64,000 nucleotides of DNA from assembly GCA_963819655.1 (NCBI GenBank), contig CAWFXA010000002.1, forward strand, positions 1,728,137 to 1,792,136. Direction: 5' to 3'. A program made the position numbers and the translations under genes. Source of the stretch: an uncultured Chloroflexia bacterium. GTDB lineage: Bacteria; Chloroflexota; Limnocylindria; Limnocylindrales; CSP1-4. The notes under the pieces are model-generated. The model was not told the DNA's origin. It made no database searches and saw nothing but the letters and a program-made list of their open reading frames with translations. Positions 1 to 10,335 of this stretch are shown in pieces (the stretch's first letter is position 1; the number at the start of each line of letters is the position of its first letter).

Positions 1-161
1 AGATCGAGGACGACCAGGTCGGGTCGATCGCGGCGCGCAGTTTCGAGTGCCGCAGGCCCATCCCGCGCGACCACGACCGAAAAGCCGGCGTGCTCGAGAT
101 AGTCGCGTGCCAGTTCGACGATCCGTGGCTCGTCATCGACAACGAGGATGGTGCGGTTCAT
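1..161 (-). CDS. Response regulator, receiver domain (partial, runs off window)
   Basis: Manual translation MNRTILVVDDEPRIVELARDYLEHAGFSVVVARDGPAALETARRDRPDLVVLDL is a classic REC N-terminus. Confidence 0.9.
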   Translation of the reverse strand, partial: MNRTILVVDDEPRIVELARDYLEHAGFSVVVARDGPAALETARRDRPDLVVLD

Positions 162-237
162 GTCGCGCTGCATCGTACCGACATGGATGCGCCCTCCCGG
201 AGGGACCGGGAGGGCGCGGTGTCTGTCGATCGCCGGC

Positions 238-750
238 TCAGGCCGACGGGTCCTTCGGCGTGCCCGACCCGCCTGAGGTTCCCGATCCGCCGGGAGCTCC
301 CGAGCCGCCTGCGGCTCCCGACTCCTCGTGCGCCTGGCGATGCCAGTCGTCGAAGGTCTCCTGGTACCGACTGCGGTGGTCGCGGTGGTCACCCCAGTTG
401 CCCGGGCCTCCCGGTCCGCCGGGTCCGCCCCAGCGCCTGCCGCCCCACCCGGGACCGCGCCAGAACGCCGCCCGCAGCAGGCCGATGATGAGGAAGATGA
501 ACAGCAGGGTGCCCAGGAACCCGAAGATCGAGAACCCGTTGCCCCAGCCCGGCCCGTGGCCGTATCCGTAGCCGTAGCCGTACGGATAGGCGCCGTGGGC
601 GACCGGCGTGACGACCACGCCTTCAGGCGCGTTCGCCGCGGCCGTGGTGATCGCGGTTGCCAGCCCCGCCTGGTAAGCGGCCTGCGCGATGAACCCACCG
701 CCGACGACGATCGCCGCGACGATGAGCAGTCCGATGAACAAGTTACGCAT
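238..750 (-). CDS. Gly-rich membrane protein with two hydrophobic segments
   Basis: ORF 238..936; likely start MRNLFIGLLIV at 750; YGYG/GPG-rich. Confidence 0.7.
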   Translation of the reverse strand: MRNLFIGLLIVAAIVVGGGFIAQAAYQAGLATAITTAAANAPEGVVVTPVAHGAYPYGYGYGYGHGPGWGNGFSIFGFLGTLLFIFLIIGLLRAAFWRGPGWGGRRWGGPGGPGGPGNWGDHRDHRSRYQETFDDWHRQAHEESGAAGGSGAPGGSGTSGGSGTPKDPSA

Positions 751-851
751 GGTTGCGCGTGCTCCTTGATGCCTTGATGCCTTGACGGCCGCCACGTCGG
801 CGACCTGATGCATCTGATGCTCGCGCTCGAATATGGAGTGGCGATGGAGCG

Positions 852-913
852 CTGATGCACACTTCGGGTCAGCGGGGCGACCATTGGTTGCTGATGCGCA
901 TTGCCCGCATAAG
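852..913 (+). repeat. ~62-bp palindromic intergenic element, copy 1
   Basis: CTGATGCA at 852, then CTGATGCGCATTGCCCGCATAAG at 891. Confidence 0.75.
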
Positions 914-975
914 CAGGCGGTCGGCGCGGTCATCACCGCGTCTCGCGAGGCCTGTGGCCGCCGGTACCACCGTGC

Positions 976-1036
976 GTGATGCGGCCCATGCGCATCAGTA
1001 CGGGCGGTCGACTCCGCCGGCGTGGATATGCATCAC
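976..1036 (-). repeat. ~62-bp palindromic intergenic element, copy 2 (inverted relative to copy 1)
   Basis: Minus strand reads GTGATGCA...CTGATGCGCATGGGCCGCATCAC. Confidence 0.8.
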
Positions 1037-1075
1037 AGGTGCCGGACCGCGACACCGGGCGACTACCATCACGGC

Positions 1076-1708
1076 GTGCGGACGAGGTCCTGGTTCCTGG
1101 CGGCAACCGGCGCGATCGCCATCGCGCTCGCGGGGTGTGGAGGGGGTGCGGCGAGCACGGCCGCGCCGTCGAACGTCGCGCCGTCGAATGCGGCGCCAGC
1201 CAGCCCGTCGCAATCTGCCGAGGCGAGCCCGTCCGCCGCCGCGGCGATCGTGGGGGAGTGGGTCGGGATCCATGACTGCGCGCGCATCGTGACGATCCTC
1301 GCCGACGCCGGCCTCGACGAATTCCTTGCCGACGCGGTATACGGCAACGGGCTGATCCCGGGCGTCGATCCGGGCACGGCAACTCTCAAGGACCCGAGCA
1401 AACCGTGTGACGGGGCGGTCGAGCGCCAGCATTCACACTTCTTCACCGCAGACGGCGAGTTCGGGTCCCGGGACTTCGACGGCAACCGGGTCGACGATGG
1501 GACATACACGCTCGAGGGCATCGACGGCATCGTCATCAACGGCAAGCGCTTCACGTACGAGATCCAGGGTGACGAGCTCACGCTCGAGCCGGAGCCTGTC
1601 GATATCTCAACGTGCACGACGAAGGAGTGCCGTTTCGAGGCGACCTGGGTGTTGATGGTCGCGATGCCCGGCACGACCTGGACGCGGGGCGAGATCACGC
1701 CCTCGTGA
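1076..1708 (+). CDS. Putative lipoprotein
   Basis: Signal peptide with LAGC lipobox followed by Ser/Pro/Ala linker. Confidence 0.75.
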   Translation: MRTRSWFLAATGAIAIALAGCGGGAASTAAPSNVAPSNAAPASPSQSAEASPSAAAAIVGEWVGIHDCARIVTILADAGLDEFLADAVYGNGLIPGVDPGTATLKDPSKPCDGAVERQHSHFFTADGEFGSRDFDGNRVDDGTYTLEGIDGIVINGKRFTYEIQGDELTLEPEPVDISTCTTKECRFEATWVLMVAMPGTTWTRGEITPS

Positions 1709-3214
1709 CGCACGCGCCTCGGTCACTCGTCGCGGCGATCGACCAGGGCACGACCAGCAGTCGATGCATCCTGTTCGGCCATGACGGGCGGCCGGTCGCC
1801 AGCCACCAGCTCGAGCACCAGCAGATCACGCCGCGGCCCGGCTGGGTCGAGCATGACCCTGACGAGATCATGGAGCGGGTTCGAACATGCGTCCGGGTCG
1901 CGCTCCGGGATGCCGGCACGGATGTCACGGCACTCGCCGCGGTCGGCATCAGCAATCAGCGGGAGACCACCGTCGTGTGGGATCGCCGGACGGGCCGACC
2001 GGTTCATCCCGCGATCGTCTGGCAGGACACGCGAACGTCGGACGCGGTCGTGCGGCTGGCCGCGGAGGGCGGCATGGATCGCTTCCGGGCAAAGACCGGC
2101 TTGCCGATATCGACCTATTCGAGCGCGCTGAAGTTGCGCTGGATCCTCGATCACATCGAAGGGGATCCGGATGAGCTCGCGTTCGGGACGATCGATTCGT
2201 GGGTTCTGTGGCAGTTGACGGGTGGCGTCGACCGTGGGGTCCACGCGACCGATGTCACCAACGCGAGCCGGACGATGCTGATGGACCTCGAGACACTCGA
2301 TTGGGACGCATCGATCCTGGATGAGCTGGGCATCCCGCGGTCGATGCTGCCCGAGATCCGCGGCTCGTCCGAGGTCTATGGCGACGGGTGTCGGTGACCT
2401 CGACGGCGTGCCGATCTCAGGGATCCTCGGCGACCAGCATGCTGCGCTGTTCGGGCAGACCTGTTTCGAGGCCGGTCAGGCGAAATGCACGTACGGCACG
2501 GGCGCGTTCATGCTGATGCACACGGGGACGACGCCGGTGCATAGCACGCACGGGCTGATCACCACGGTCGCTGCGCGGCTCGGCGGTCCAGGCACGCCGG
2601 CGACCTACGCGCTCGAGGGCTCGGTCGCGGTCGCGGGCTCGCTCGTCCAGTGGCTGCGCGACGATCTCGCGATCATCGAATCGGCCGATGAGGTCGAGGC
2701 GCTCGCCCGTTCCGTGCCGGATTCCGGTGATGTCGTGTTCGTGCCGGCGTTCTCCGGGCTGTTCGCGCCGCACTGGCGGCCCGACGCCCGGGGCGTGATC
2801 GCCGGTCTGACCCGTTTCTCGACGAAGGCGCACGTGGCGCGGGCCGCGCTCGAGGCCACGGCCTACCAGGTGGCCGATCTCGGGGCTGCGATGGCGGCGG
2901 ATCTCGGGGCGCCACTCCCCGGGGAGCTGCGAGTCGACGGTGGGATGACGCGGAACGAGCTACTGATGCAGATCCAGGCGGACATCCTGGGGAGTGTCGT
3001 GGTCGCGCCGGCGATCACCGAGATCAGTGCCCTGGGCGCGGCGTATGCCGCAGGACTCGCAGTCGGGTTCTGGCGGGACCTCGACGAATTGCGGTCGATG
3101 GATTCTGCGCCGCGTCGATGGGAACCTCGGATGTCCGAGCGTGACCGCGCCGCCGGTCTGGCTCGCTGGCACAAGGGCGTCGAACGCTCGCTGGGGTGGG
3201 TCGAGCCGGCCTAG
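1705..3214 (+). CDS. glpK: Glycerol kinase (frameshift near 2390, probably sequencing error)
   Basis: [56 protein letters not shown] motifs across two frames. Confidence 0.95.
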
Positions 3215-3584
3215 GGTCGAACCGGGTCGAACCGGGTAGGTCGGGCGTTCGTGCACGGTTGTTATGCCGATGTGATGTTGCTGATACCCCGCCACGCATC
3301 ACCGGAGGGAACGACCGGCATCCTCCGCCGCCTACATTGGTGGCCGGTCGAACCGCACATCACAAAGCGCGCCAGCGGGCGCCACGTGGGCCTGGGGGGC
3401 CCGCGGAGGAACGACGGGGCGAGTGAGCCGACCGTCGAGCACGGGGGACGCCCGCAGGCGCGCTTCTACATGTCCGGCCCAGGTGGTGGGCCAGCTGGGG
3501 CGAGCGGACCCCCTGATATGCGAACGCAAGGCCATCGGGACTAGGGTGGTCGGGCCCGGACGTTCAGCCGTACGAGGTCCCGTC

Positions 3585-4520
3585 ATGACATCGACCACTC
3601 GCCGTCTCGCCGTGCTCACCGTTCTCGTCCTGGGGCTGTCGGTGGCACTGGCACCAGCGGTGGCGGCCCACGACGATGGGCCTTCGAACCTGCCGGCCCG
3701 CATCGATCTGCCGCCGGGCTTCCAGCCCGAGGGGATCGAATCCTTCGGTCCGTTCCTGTTCGCCGGTTCGCTCACGGACGGCGCGATCTGGCGGGGGAGT
3801 GCCGTCACCGGGGAGGGGCAGATCCTCGTTCCGGGCCAGGCCGGTCGCGTCGCAACGGGCCTCCACATCGACAAATGGAATCGCCTGTGGGTCGCCGGCG
3901 GTCCGACCGGCACGATCCGCGTCTACAGCATCCTCGACGGGAGGCCGCTCCAGACGTACACCTTCACCGGCACGGGCTTCATCAACGATCTCGACATCAC
4001 GCGCAACGCGGTGTACGCGACAGACTCCATGAACGCCCAGCTGGCCGTCGTGCCGTTGGGCCGGCGCGGTCGGTTGCCTGATCCGTCGGCTGTGCGGCTG
4101 ATGCCACTCACGGGCGACTTCGCACTCCAGCCCGGGTTCAACGCGAACGGCATCGCCGCCCGCGGCAGCTGGCTGATCATGGTCCAGTCGAACACGGGCT
4201 TCTTGTTCCGGGTGCACCCGCGGACCGGCGCGACGCGCAAGATCGACACCGGTGGCTACCTCGTCACCAACGGCGACGGGCTGGAGCTCCGTGGCCGGAC
4301 GCTGTACGTCGTGCGGAACCAGAACAACCTGGTAGCCGTGCTGCGGCTGAACGAGAGTTTGCGCAAGGCTCGATTGCGGGGGGAGATCGCGGCGCCGATG
4401 GGAGCTTTGTCCGTGCCGACGACCGCGACCACCACGCTCGGGGCGCTGTGGGTCGTGAATGCCCGGTTCGGCATCCCGACGACCGAGTATTGGATCACGC
4501 GGTTGCCGTTGAAGCCGTAG
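3585..4520 (+). CDS. Secreted SMP-30/gluconolactonase-like beta-propeller protein
   Basis: Signal peptide; FQPEGI, FINDL, NANGI, GDGL blade motifs. Confidence 0.75.
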   Translation: MTSTTRRLAVLTVLVLGLSVALAPAVAAHDDGPSNLPARIDLPPGFQPEGIESFGPFLFAGSLTDGAIWRGSAVTGEGQILVPGQAGRVATGLHIDKWNRLWVAGGPTGTIRVYSILDGRPLQTYTFTGTGFINDLDITRNAVYATDSMNAQLAVVPLGRRGRLPDPSAVRLMPLTGDFALQPGFNANGIAARGSWLIMVQSNTGFLFRVHPRTGATRKIDTGGYLVTNGDGLELRGRTLYVVRNQNNLVAVLRLNESLRKARLRGEIAAPMGALSVPTTATTTLGALWVVNARFGIPTTEYWITRLPLKP

Positions 4521-4557
4521 GGGCGGTGCCGGCGGTGCCGGCGGTGTCGTCGCCCGG

Positions 4558-4619
4558 CTGATGCATGTTTCCGGGCGCCGGTCGGACTGTCGCCGACTGA
4601 TGCGCATGGGCCGCATCAG
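4558..4619 (+). repeat. ~62-bp palindromic intergenic element, copy 3
   Basis: CTGATGCA at 4558, CTGATGCGCATGGGCCGCATCAG at 4597. Confidence 0.85.
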
Positions 4620-4663
4620 GGGACAGCGTCGTGCTCGCGGCGAAATTCGACCCAGCTACAGGT

Positions 4664-4688
4664 CAGCCTACGCCTCGGGTGTAGGCTG
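4664..4688. promoter_or_regulatory. Inverted repeat, possible transcription-factor site
   Basis: CAGCCTAC-N9-GTAGGCTG upstream of the 4785 gene. Confidence 0.4.
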
Positions 4689-4784
4689 GCTCGAAGCATC
4701 CCGACCGCATGAAAAACTGTGTGTGGCCGCTCATACGGGCGCAGTCGCGAGGAACCGCCGGACGCGCCGGAAGGAGTCGCCGCC

Positions 4785-5435
4785 GTGGTCCCTTCGTCGT
4801 TCGTGCGCTTGGCCGGCATCGCGAGCCTGACCGCCGCCGGGCTGATGCTCGTCCACCAGGTCTCGCAACTCGTCTTCGCGCTCACCATGTCCCAATCGCA
4901 GGCGGTCGCGACGCACAGCCTCCGGAACGGGCTCGCGCTCGCCGCGATGTACGCATTGCTGATCGCCCTCACCGGGCTCTACGCGATGCAGGCGACCGTA
5001 GCCGGCAGGCTCGGCCTGATCGGATACCTCGTGGCTGCGCTCGGAACGCTGCTCGTCGCCGGTGATTGGTGGTACGAGAGCTTCGTCGTTCCCCTGATCA
5101 CGGCACAGGCGCCCGAACTGCTGAAGACGGCCATCACTGGGTCCATCCTCATCGGGGCGGTCGCCACATTCGGGTCGTTCGCCCTCGGATGGGTGCTCTT
5201 CGGGATCGCAAGCTACCGCGCAGGCGTCTTTCCACGCGGTGCCTCGATACTGATGGTGATCGGGGGGATCACGGGCATCCTGGCGCTATCCGCCCCATTC
5301 CAGATCCCGCTCGCGCTCGCCGTCGGTTGGATGGGAACGTCGCTGCTTCGGCGCGTCGTGCCGGACAGCACGCCGCTGGCCGAAATCACGGCGGCGCCGA
5401 ACATGCCGCCGCCGACTCCGGCTCCCCGACCCTGA
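4785..5435 (+). CDS. Multi-pass membrane protein of unknown function
   Basis: AAGGAG SD before GTG at 4785; about 6 hydrophobic segments. Confidence 0.75.
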   Translation: MVPSSFVRLAGIASLTAAGLMLVHQVSQLVFALTMSQSQAVATHSLRNGLALAAMYALLIALTGLYAMQATVAGRLGLIGYLVAALGTLLVAGDWWYESFVVPLITAQAPELLKTAITGSILIGAVATFGSFALGWVLFGIASYRAGVFPRGASILMVIGGITGILALSAPFQIPLALAVGWMGTSLLRRVVPDSTPLAEITAAPNMPPPTPAPRP

Positions 5436-5537
5436 TCGCCTCGGCGGCGTCGCAGCACGTCCACAGGTCAGCCTAGAGACCTTGAAGTCGCTCCAGTGTC
5501 AACGTTGTGGGTTCGTAGTCGCGCGGATGTTCTGTGT

Positions 5538-5560
5538 GTGATGCGCATGGGCCGCATCAA
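5538..5560 (+). repeat. Palindromic element core, copy 4 (supplies the EamA stop codon)
   Basis: GTGATGCGCATGGGCCGCATCAA; upstream CTGATGCA part not recognisable. Confidence 0.8.
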
Positions 5561-6477
5561 GGAGGCGAGGCGGTCGATTGCAGGTTCGATGGCCTTGCGA
5601 GACGGGCGATCCCGAGCACCGCCAGCAGCACGACACCAGCGCCGATCGATTGCAGCGTCGTGAGGCGTTCGCCAAGGACCAAGAAACTGGCGACGAGACC
5701 GAAGACGGGGATGAGGTAGAAGGAGGCGGCCGCGATCGATGCGGGCATCCGTCGCAACGCCCACAGGTACATCCAATAGGCGAGGCCGTAGTAGAGGACT
5801 CCGGAAACGGCCGCGCTCGCGAGCCCGATCGGTGATGGGCCCGCCGGCCAGACGGCGCCGCCGACTGCCCACGCGATCGCCGCGATGACCAGGGCGAACC
5901 CCAGGGCGTACGCCTGCTGGGCGGCGACGATCGAGGCAGTCTCCGTCGCTTGCACCAGCCAGCGCCGCGCTGCCGTCGTGTAGATCGCGCAGCACACGAC
6001 ACCGGCGAATGTGAGCGCGACACCGACCAGGCTCCCAGCTGAGGCGGGGTCATAGACGACGAGACCGACACCGAAGGCCGCGACGAGCGAGAAGGCGATC
6101 AACGGCAGACCAAGGCGCTCGCGCAGAAACCATCCGGCCAGGAGCAGGATCAGCAAAGGCTCGAGCGCCCAGATCAGGACGGCGAGGCTCGCGCTGATCG
6201 AGACGAGCCCGAGGAGGCCGAGCGCGTAGGACAGCCCTGGGTTGAGGATGCCGAGGCGTTCGAGCGCAGCCGGGGCGGTCGGATCGCGGAATGGCAGACG
6301 GTTCGCGACGAGCAGGACGGCTATGACAGCCAAGCTCGAAGCGAGCTGGATGGGCAGCAGGGCGAGGGGCGGGATCTCCTCGACCGCGCGCTTGCTGATG
6401 ACCGTGCCGATGCCCCATGCCGCCGAGGCGGCGATCAGCGCGAGATAGGCACGGTCCGACCGGCGTAAGACGGACAT
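5557..6477 (-). CDS. EamA/DMT family transporter
   Basis: About 10 TM segments; AWG, LEPL, FLRERL, LGERL repeats. Confidence 0.9.
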   Translation of the reverse strand: MSVLRRSDRAYLALIAASAAWGIGTVISKRAVEEIPPLALLPIQLASSLAVIAVLLVANRLPFRDPTAPAALERLGILNPGLSYALGLLGLVSISASLAVLIWALEPLLILLLAGWFLRERLGLPLIAFSLVAAFGVGLVVYDPASAGSLVGVALTFAGVVCCAIYTTAARRWLVQATETASIVAAQQAYALGFALVIAAIAWAVGGAVWPAGPSPIGLASAAVSGVLYYGLAYWMYLWALRRMPASIAAASFYLIPVFGLVASFLVLGERLTTLQSIGAGVVLLAVLGIARLARPSNLQSTASPP

Positions 6478-6707
6478 GTGAGCGCTCCGAGTGGCGGGTG
6501 ACCTGACGTTCGTGACAACGTCGGTCTCCTGCACTCGCCATCGCACGTCGCGTAGCCCGGCACGCGCCGCCGGGCTCCCGGCCGAGGGACCAGTCCCATG
6601 ACCAGAGTATGTGGCCTCCGCGAGGAAGATTGACATTTCCGGACGGCTCGGCTCACCCATACCGTGCGATCGACATCGGACGGCCGATGTCGCCACGCGG
6701 AAGTGCC

Positions 6708-7256
6708 ATGGATGCCGATCTCGTCGTTCGAGCCCAGCACGGTGACAAAGGGGCCTATGGCCTCATCGCCACCGAGATCGCTGCTCGGTTCCTGGCCGTG
6801 GCGCGCAGGATCCTGCGTGACCTCGATCTTGCCGAGGATGCGACGCAGCAGGCGCTGCTGACCGTCTGGCAAGACCTCCCGCAGCTCCGCGATCCGGCGC
6901 GCTTCGACGCCTGGTCGTACCGGCTTCTCGTGCACGCCTGTTACGCCGAGCGCCGCAAAGAACATCGCTGGGCACCAAACCTCCGACTGCTGCCAGTGGA
7001 CGAGCCGGCATCAGAGGGCGAAGTGGGCTCGGTCGTCGATCGCGACCAGCTCGAGCGGGGCTTCCGCCGCCTGTCGATCGATCATCGCGCGGTGGTGGTG
7101 CTGCACCACTACCTCGACCTGCCGCTCGACCGGGTCGCCGACATCCTCGGAATCCCCGTCGGGACGGCCCATTCCCGACTTCACCACGCGATGCGCGGGT
7201 TGCGCGCGGCACTCGATGCCGACGCACGGCCGCCAGTGCAGGAGGCTGCCCGATGA
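6708..7256 (+). CDS. ECF RNA polymerase sigma factor
   Basis: AEDATQQ, FDAWSYR; region 4 VADILGIPVGTAHSRLH. Confidence 0.95.
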   Translation: MDADLVVRAQHGDKGAYGLIATEIAARFLAVARRILRDLDLAEDATQQALLTVWQDLPQLRDPARFDAWSYRLLVHACYAERRKEHRWAPNLRLLPVDEPASEGEVGSVVDRDQLERGFRRLSIDHRAVVVLHHYLDLPLDRVADILGIPVGTAHSRLHHAMRGLRAALDADARPPVQEAAR

Positions 7257-8707
7257 GCACCGACCTCGACACCACGCGCATCGTTCGGTCGTGGCTTCGC
7301 ACGGACGAGCACGAGTCCGCGGACCGCGTCCTCGACGACGTCCTCGCCCTGCTAGATGCGACCCCGCAGCGTCAGCGTGTTCGGCCGGCGCGCAGGTTCG
7401 TCGACGAGAAAAGCCTCGCCAAGCTCGCGATGGCCGTCGCTGCCGTGCTGGTCGTGGCATTCGTCGGCACGAACCTGTTGCCGTCATTCGGATCGGTCGG
7501 GACGCTACCTTCGCCGCTCCCGACGAGCGCGACGACGAGCCCCACGCCCGACGCTTCCAGCGAGTTCGAGCCGGGCAGCCACATCCTCACCTCCCGAAAC
7601 GTGCGAATCAGTATGGCCATGCCCGCGGGCTGGTCGGGCGATGAAAGGAACATCCATCGGCTTCCCCCGGACGGCTGGCGTGGCCTACTGGGCCTGGCCG
7701 TGATACCCGATGAGGTCTGGTACGTCGTCGCCGACGTCTGCGCTGATGAGACGGATGTCGCCTTCGTCCAGGTGGGCGGCCCAACGGTCGAGGACTTGAC
7801 GACACCCCTCGTGAACCAGATCGGCGTCCTGAGATCCGGTCCCACGGACATCATGGTCGGCGGCTATCCGGCCCAGAAGTTCGTGTTGAGACTCTCCCCT
7901 GAGTGTCCGGGGGATCAGGGACATGGGATCTGGGCCAACTTCGCGCGGGCGTATGGCTTCTGGCTGAAGCCGGGAGACACAGGGACGGTCTACGTCGTCG
8001 ACGTGGATGGGAAGCCTCTGGTCATCACGAGCCAGTACGGCGCCGATGCATCGGCGGAGGACATCGCGCAGCTCGAAGCCATCACCGCCTCCATCGACCT
8101 CGAGCCCGTGTCCAACCCTTCCCAGCTCGCCGTCGGTGGCGCCTCGGGCTGGCTGCCCATCGGCGAGCACGCCGTGACGGTGGACGACGTTCCACTGACG
8201 TTTAGCGTGCCCGCGCTCGTGCCGGACCGGGGCTGGTCCGGCTATGGCAGCCTGAGCATCACCAAGGACACCGTGGGGCCACAAGGAGCCGAGGCCCTGG
8301 TCTACTGGAAAGGTTTCCCCAACGGTGTGTACCCCTATCCCTGCGCGAACCTGTCGAGCCTGCCCGTCAATGCATCGACGGCCGATCTCGCGGCCACCGT
8401 GTCGACGGCGCCCGGGACCGAGCTCGTCACTGGGCCTTCGGACGTGACCGTCGGTGGGCGTCCCGCGAAGCACCTGGTGCTCACCGTTCGCGAGGACCTG
8501 GGATGCGACCCGGGATACTTCTTCACCACGGATACCCCTACCGGAGGTCCGGGCTGGTGGACCACGGACGCGGGCGACGAGATCAAGGTCTGGATCGTCG
8601 ACGTAGACGGCAAGCGCCTCTTCATCGCCGGCGAGACCAAGCCGGAAGCCGGCTCTGAACTTGACGAGGAGATCCAGCAGATCGTCGACTCGATCCAGTT
8701 CGAGTAG
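7253..8707 (+). CDS. Putative membrane anti-sigma factor with duplicated extracytoplasmic domain
   Basis: ATGA overlap with sigma; short N-domain, TM, Ser/Pro linker, two similar domains ending ITASIDLE and IVDSIQFE. Confidence 0.8.
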   Translation: MSTDLDTTRIVRSWLRTDEHESADRVLDDVLALLDATPQRQRVRPARRFVDEKSLAKLAMAVAAVLVVAFVGTNLLPSFGSVGTLPSPLPTSATTSPTPDASSEFEPGSHILTSRNVRISMAMPAGWSGDERNIHRLPPDGWRGLLGLAVIPDEVWYVVADVCADETDVAFVQVGGPTVEDLTTPLVNQIGVLRSGPTDIMVGGYPAQKFVLRLSPECPGDQGHGIWANFARAYGFWLKPGDTGTVYVVDVDGKPLVITSQYGADASAEDIAQLEAITASIDLEPVSNPSQLAVGGASGWLPIGEHAVTVDDVPLTFSVPALVPDRGWSGYGSLSITKDTVGPQGAEALVYWKGFPNGVYPYPCANLSSLPVNASTADLAATVSTAPGTELVTGPSDVTVGGRPAKHLVLTVREDLGCDPGYFFTTDTPTGGPGWWTTDAGDEIKVWIVDVDGKRLFIAGETKPEAGSELDEEIQQIVDSIQFE

Positions 8708-8804
8708 GCCCGCAAACTTCGAAGAATGAACCCTGGGGGTCCATGCCACGCTCTTCAAAGGTGATCGGCCGAGACACGGTCGATCATCGGACGAGGAGGG
8801 TCGG

Positions 8805-9356
8805 GTGCAGCGAGCGCTCGTCGATCGAGCGAAGCAGGGCGACGGAGAAGCCTTCGACGCCCTTGCTCGCGCGGCCGGCGACCGGTGCATGGCGATCGCG
8901 GTTCGGATCCTGCGCGACGCCGACTTGGCCGAGGACGCGGTCCAGGCTGCACTGATCACGGCCTGGCGTGAGCTGCGCACCCTGCGCGATCCCGATGCGT
9001 TCGAGCCCTGGCTCCACCGGATCCTGACCCATGCCTGCTACGCCGAGGCCAGGCGTCGCCGGCGGTGGTCCGCAGCGATCCGGGTGCTGCCCGTCGAGGC
9101 ATCGTCCGGCCCCGACGTCACGCTCACCGTGCACGACCGCGACCAGCTGGAGCGCGCCTTCCGGAGGCTGACGCTCGAGCAGCGGGCCGTGCTCGTCTTC
9201 CACCACTACCTCGGGCTACCTCTGTCCGATGTGGCGGATCGACTCGATATCCCCATCGGGACCGTGAAGTCCCGCGTGCATTTCGCGACAGCGGCGCTCC
9301 GGGCGAGCCTCGAGGCCGACGATCGGACGCCATCCATCAAGGAGCGGCTGGCATGA
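8805..9356 (+). CDS. ECF RNA polymerase sigma factor (paralog)
   Basis: AEDAVQ, FEPWLHR, GTVKSRVH. Confidence 0.95.
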   Translation: MQRALVDRAKQGDGEAFDALARAAGDRCMAIAVRILRDADLAEDAVQAALITAWRELRTLRDPDAFEPWLHRILTHACYAEARRRRRWSAAIRVLPVEASSGPDVTLTVHDRDQLERAFRRLTLEQRAVLVFHHYLGLPLSDVADRLDIPIGTVKSRVHFATAALRASLEADDRTPSIKERLA

Positions 9357-10240
9357 CCGCGACGCGCGACACCGAGCACCTCATCCGCGCCTTCCTCGAC
9401 GAGGGCGTCACGGAGCTGCCCGAGCGCGTATACGACGCCGTCCGCTCCGACATCGACCGAACCCATCAGCGGGTCGTCATCGGCCCGTGGAGGACGCCCG
9501 ACATGAACACCTTCGCGAAGTTCGCGATGGCCGCCGCCGCCGTGCTGGTCGTCGCGTTCGTCGGCTATAACCTGCTGCCCAGCGACCCCGGGAGAGGGGG
9601 AACGCCCGCCGTCTCGCCGTCCGCGTCGATCACCGCGTCGCCGTCGATTACCGCGTCGCCGTTGCCCAGCCCACCGCCGAGCGACTACACATTCTTCCCG
9701 TATGGCTCGATCGAGGCCGGCAGGCACCCGATGATCCTTGCAGGCAAGTCGCTCACGGTGGACATGCCGTCTGGCTGGACCAGCCACCTCGGTTTTCGGC
9801 TCTACACCCAGTCGGCCGCGGGGGCGTTCATCTTCTGGACCCCCGCGCCGAGCAATGTCTACGCGGATCCCTGCGCGCACGAACCGTTGGACCCTCCGGC
9901 GGGTGACACCCCGGCCGAGCTCGCGGCCGCTGTCTCGTCGATCCCCGGGACCGACCTGGTCAGCGGACCATCCGACGTCACGATCGGTGGGCACCCGGCG
10001 AAGCTCGTGTCGATCAGGGTCCGCGAGGATGTCGATTGTGTGAGCGGTGAATTCCTCCTCTGGTACCCCGATGAGCCGGCCAATGGCCGATTTCCCGATG
10101 CACTTGGCGATACGATCAACGTCTGGATCATCGACGTTGATGGGGCCATCGTGTGGATCGACGGCTCGTGGTCACGCAACGCGACCCATGGGCTGCAAGC
10201 GGAAATGCGGCAGATCGTCGAATCGATCCAGTTCGAGTAG
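9353..10240 (+). CDS. Putative membrane anti-sigma factor (single extracytoplasmic domain)
   Basis: Overlaps sigma stop; TM; C-terminus QIVESIQFE similar to the 7253 protein. Confidence 0.8.
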   Translation: MTATRDTEHLIRAFLDEGVTELPERVYDAVRSDIDRTHQRVVIGPWRTPDMNTFAKFAMAAAAVLVVAFVGYNLLPSDPGRGGTPAVSPSASITASPSITASPLPSPPPSDYTFFPYGSIEAGRHPMILAGKSLTVDMPSGWTSHLGFRLYTQSAAGAFIFWTPAPSNVYADPCAHEPLDPPAGDTPAELAAAVSSIPGTDLVSGPSDVTIGGHPAKLVSIRVREDVDCVSGEFLLWYPDEPANGRFPDALGDTINVWIIDVDGAIVWIDGSWSRNATHGLQAEMRQIVESIQFE

Positions 10241-10335
10241 ATCGATCGAAGCACGCGGCGGCGGCCCGAGCGGCTGCCGTCGCTTCTGTGTGTCGTTCGC
10301 GTTGGCGGCGGCGTCCGATGCCGTCCAGGATCCGA

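Noticed and set aside
3214-3240. Short direct repeat GGGTCGAACC x2 after glpK
   Set aside because: Too short, likely slippage; no functional evidence
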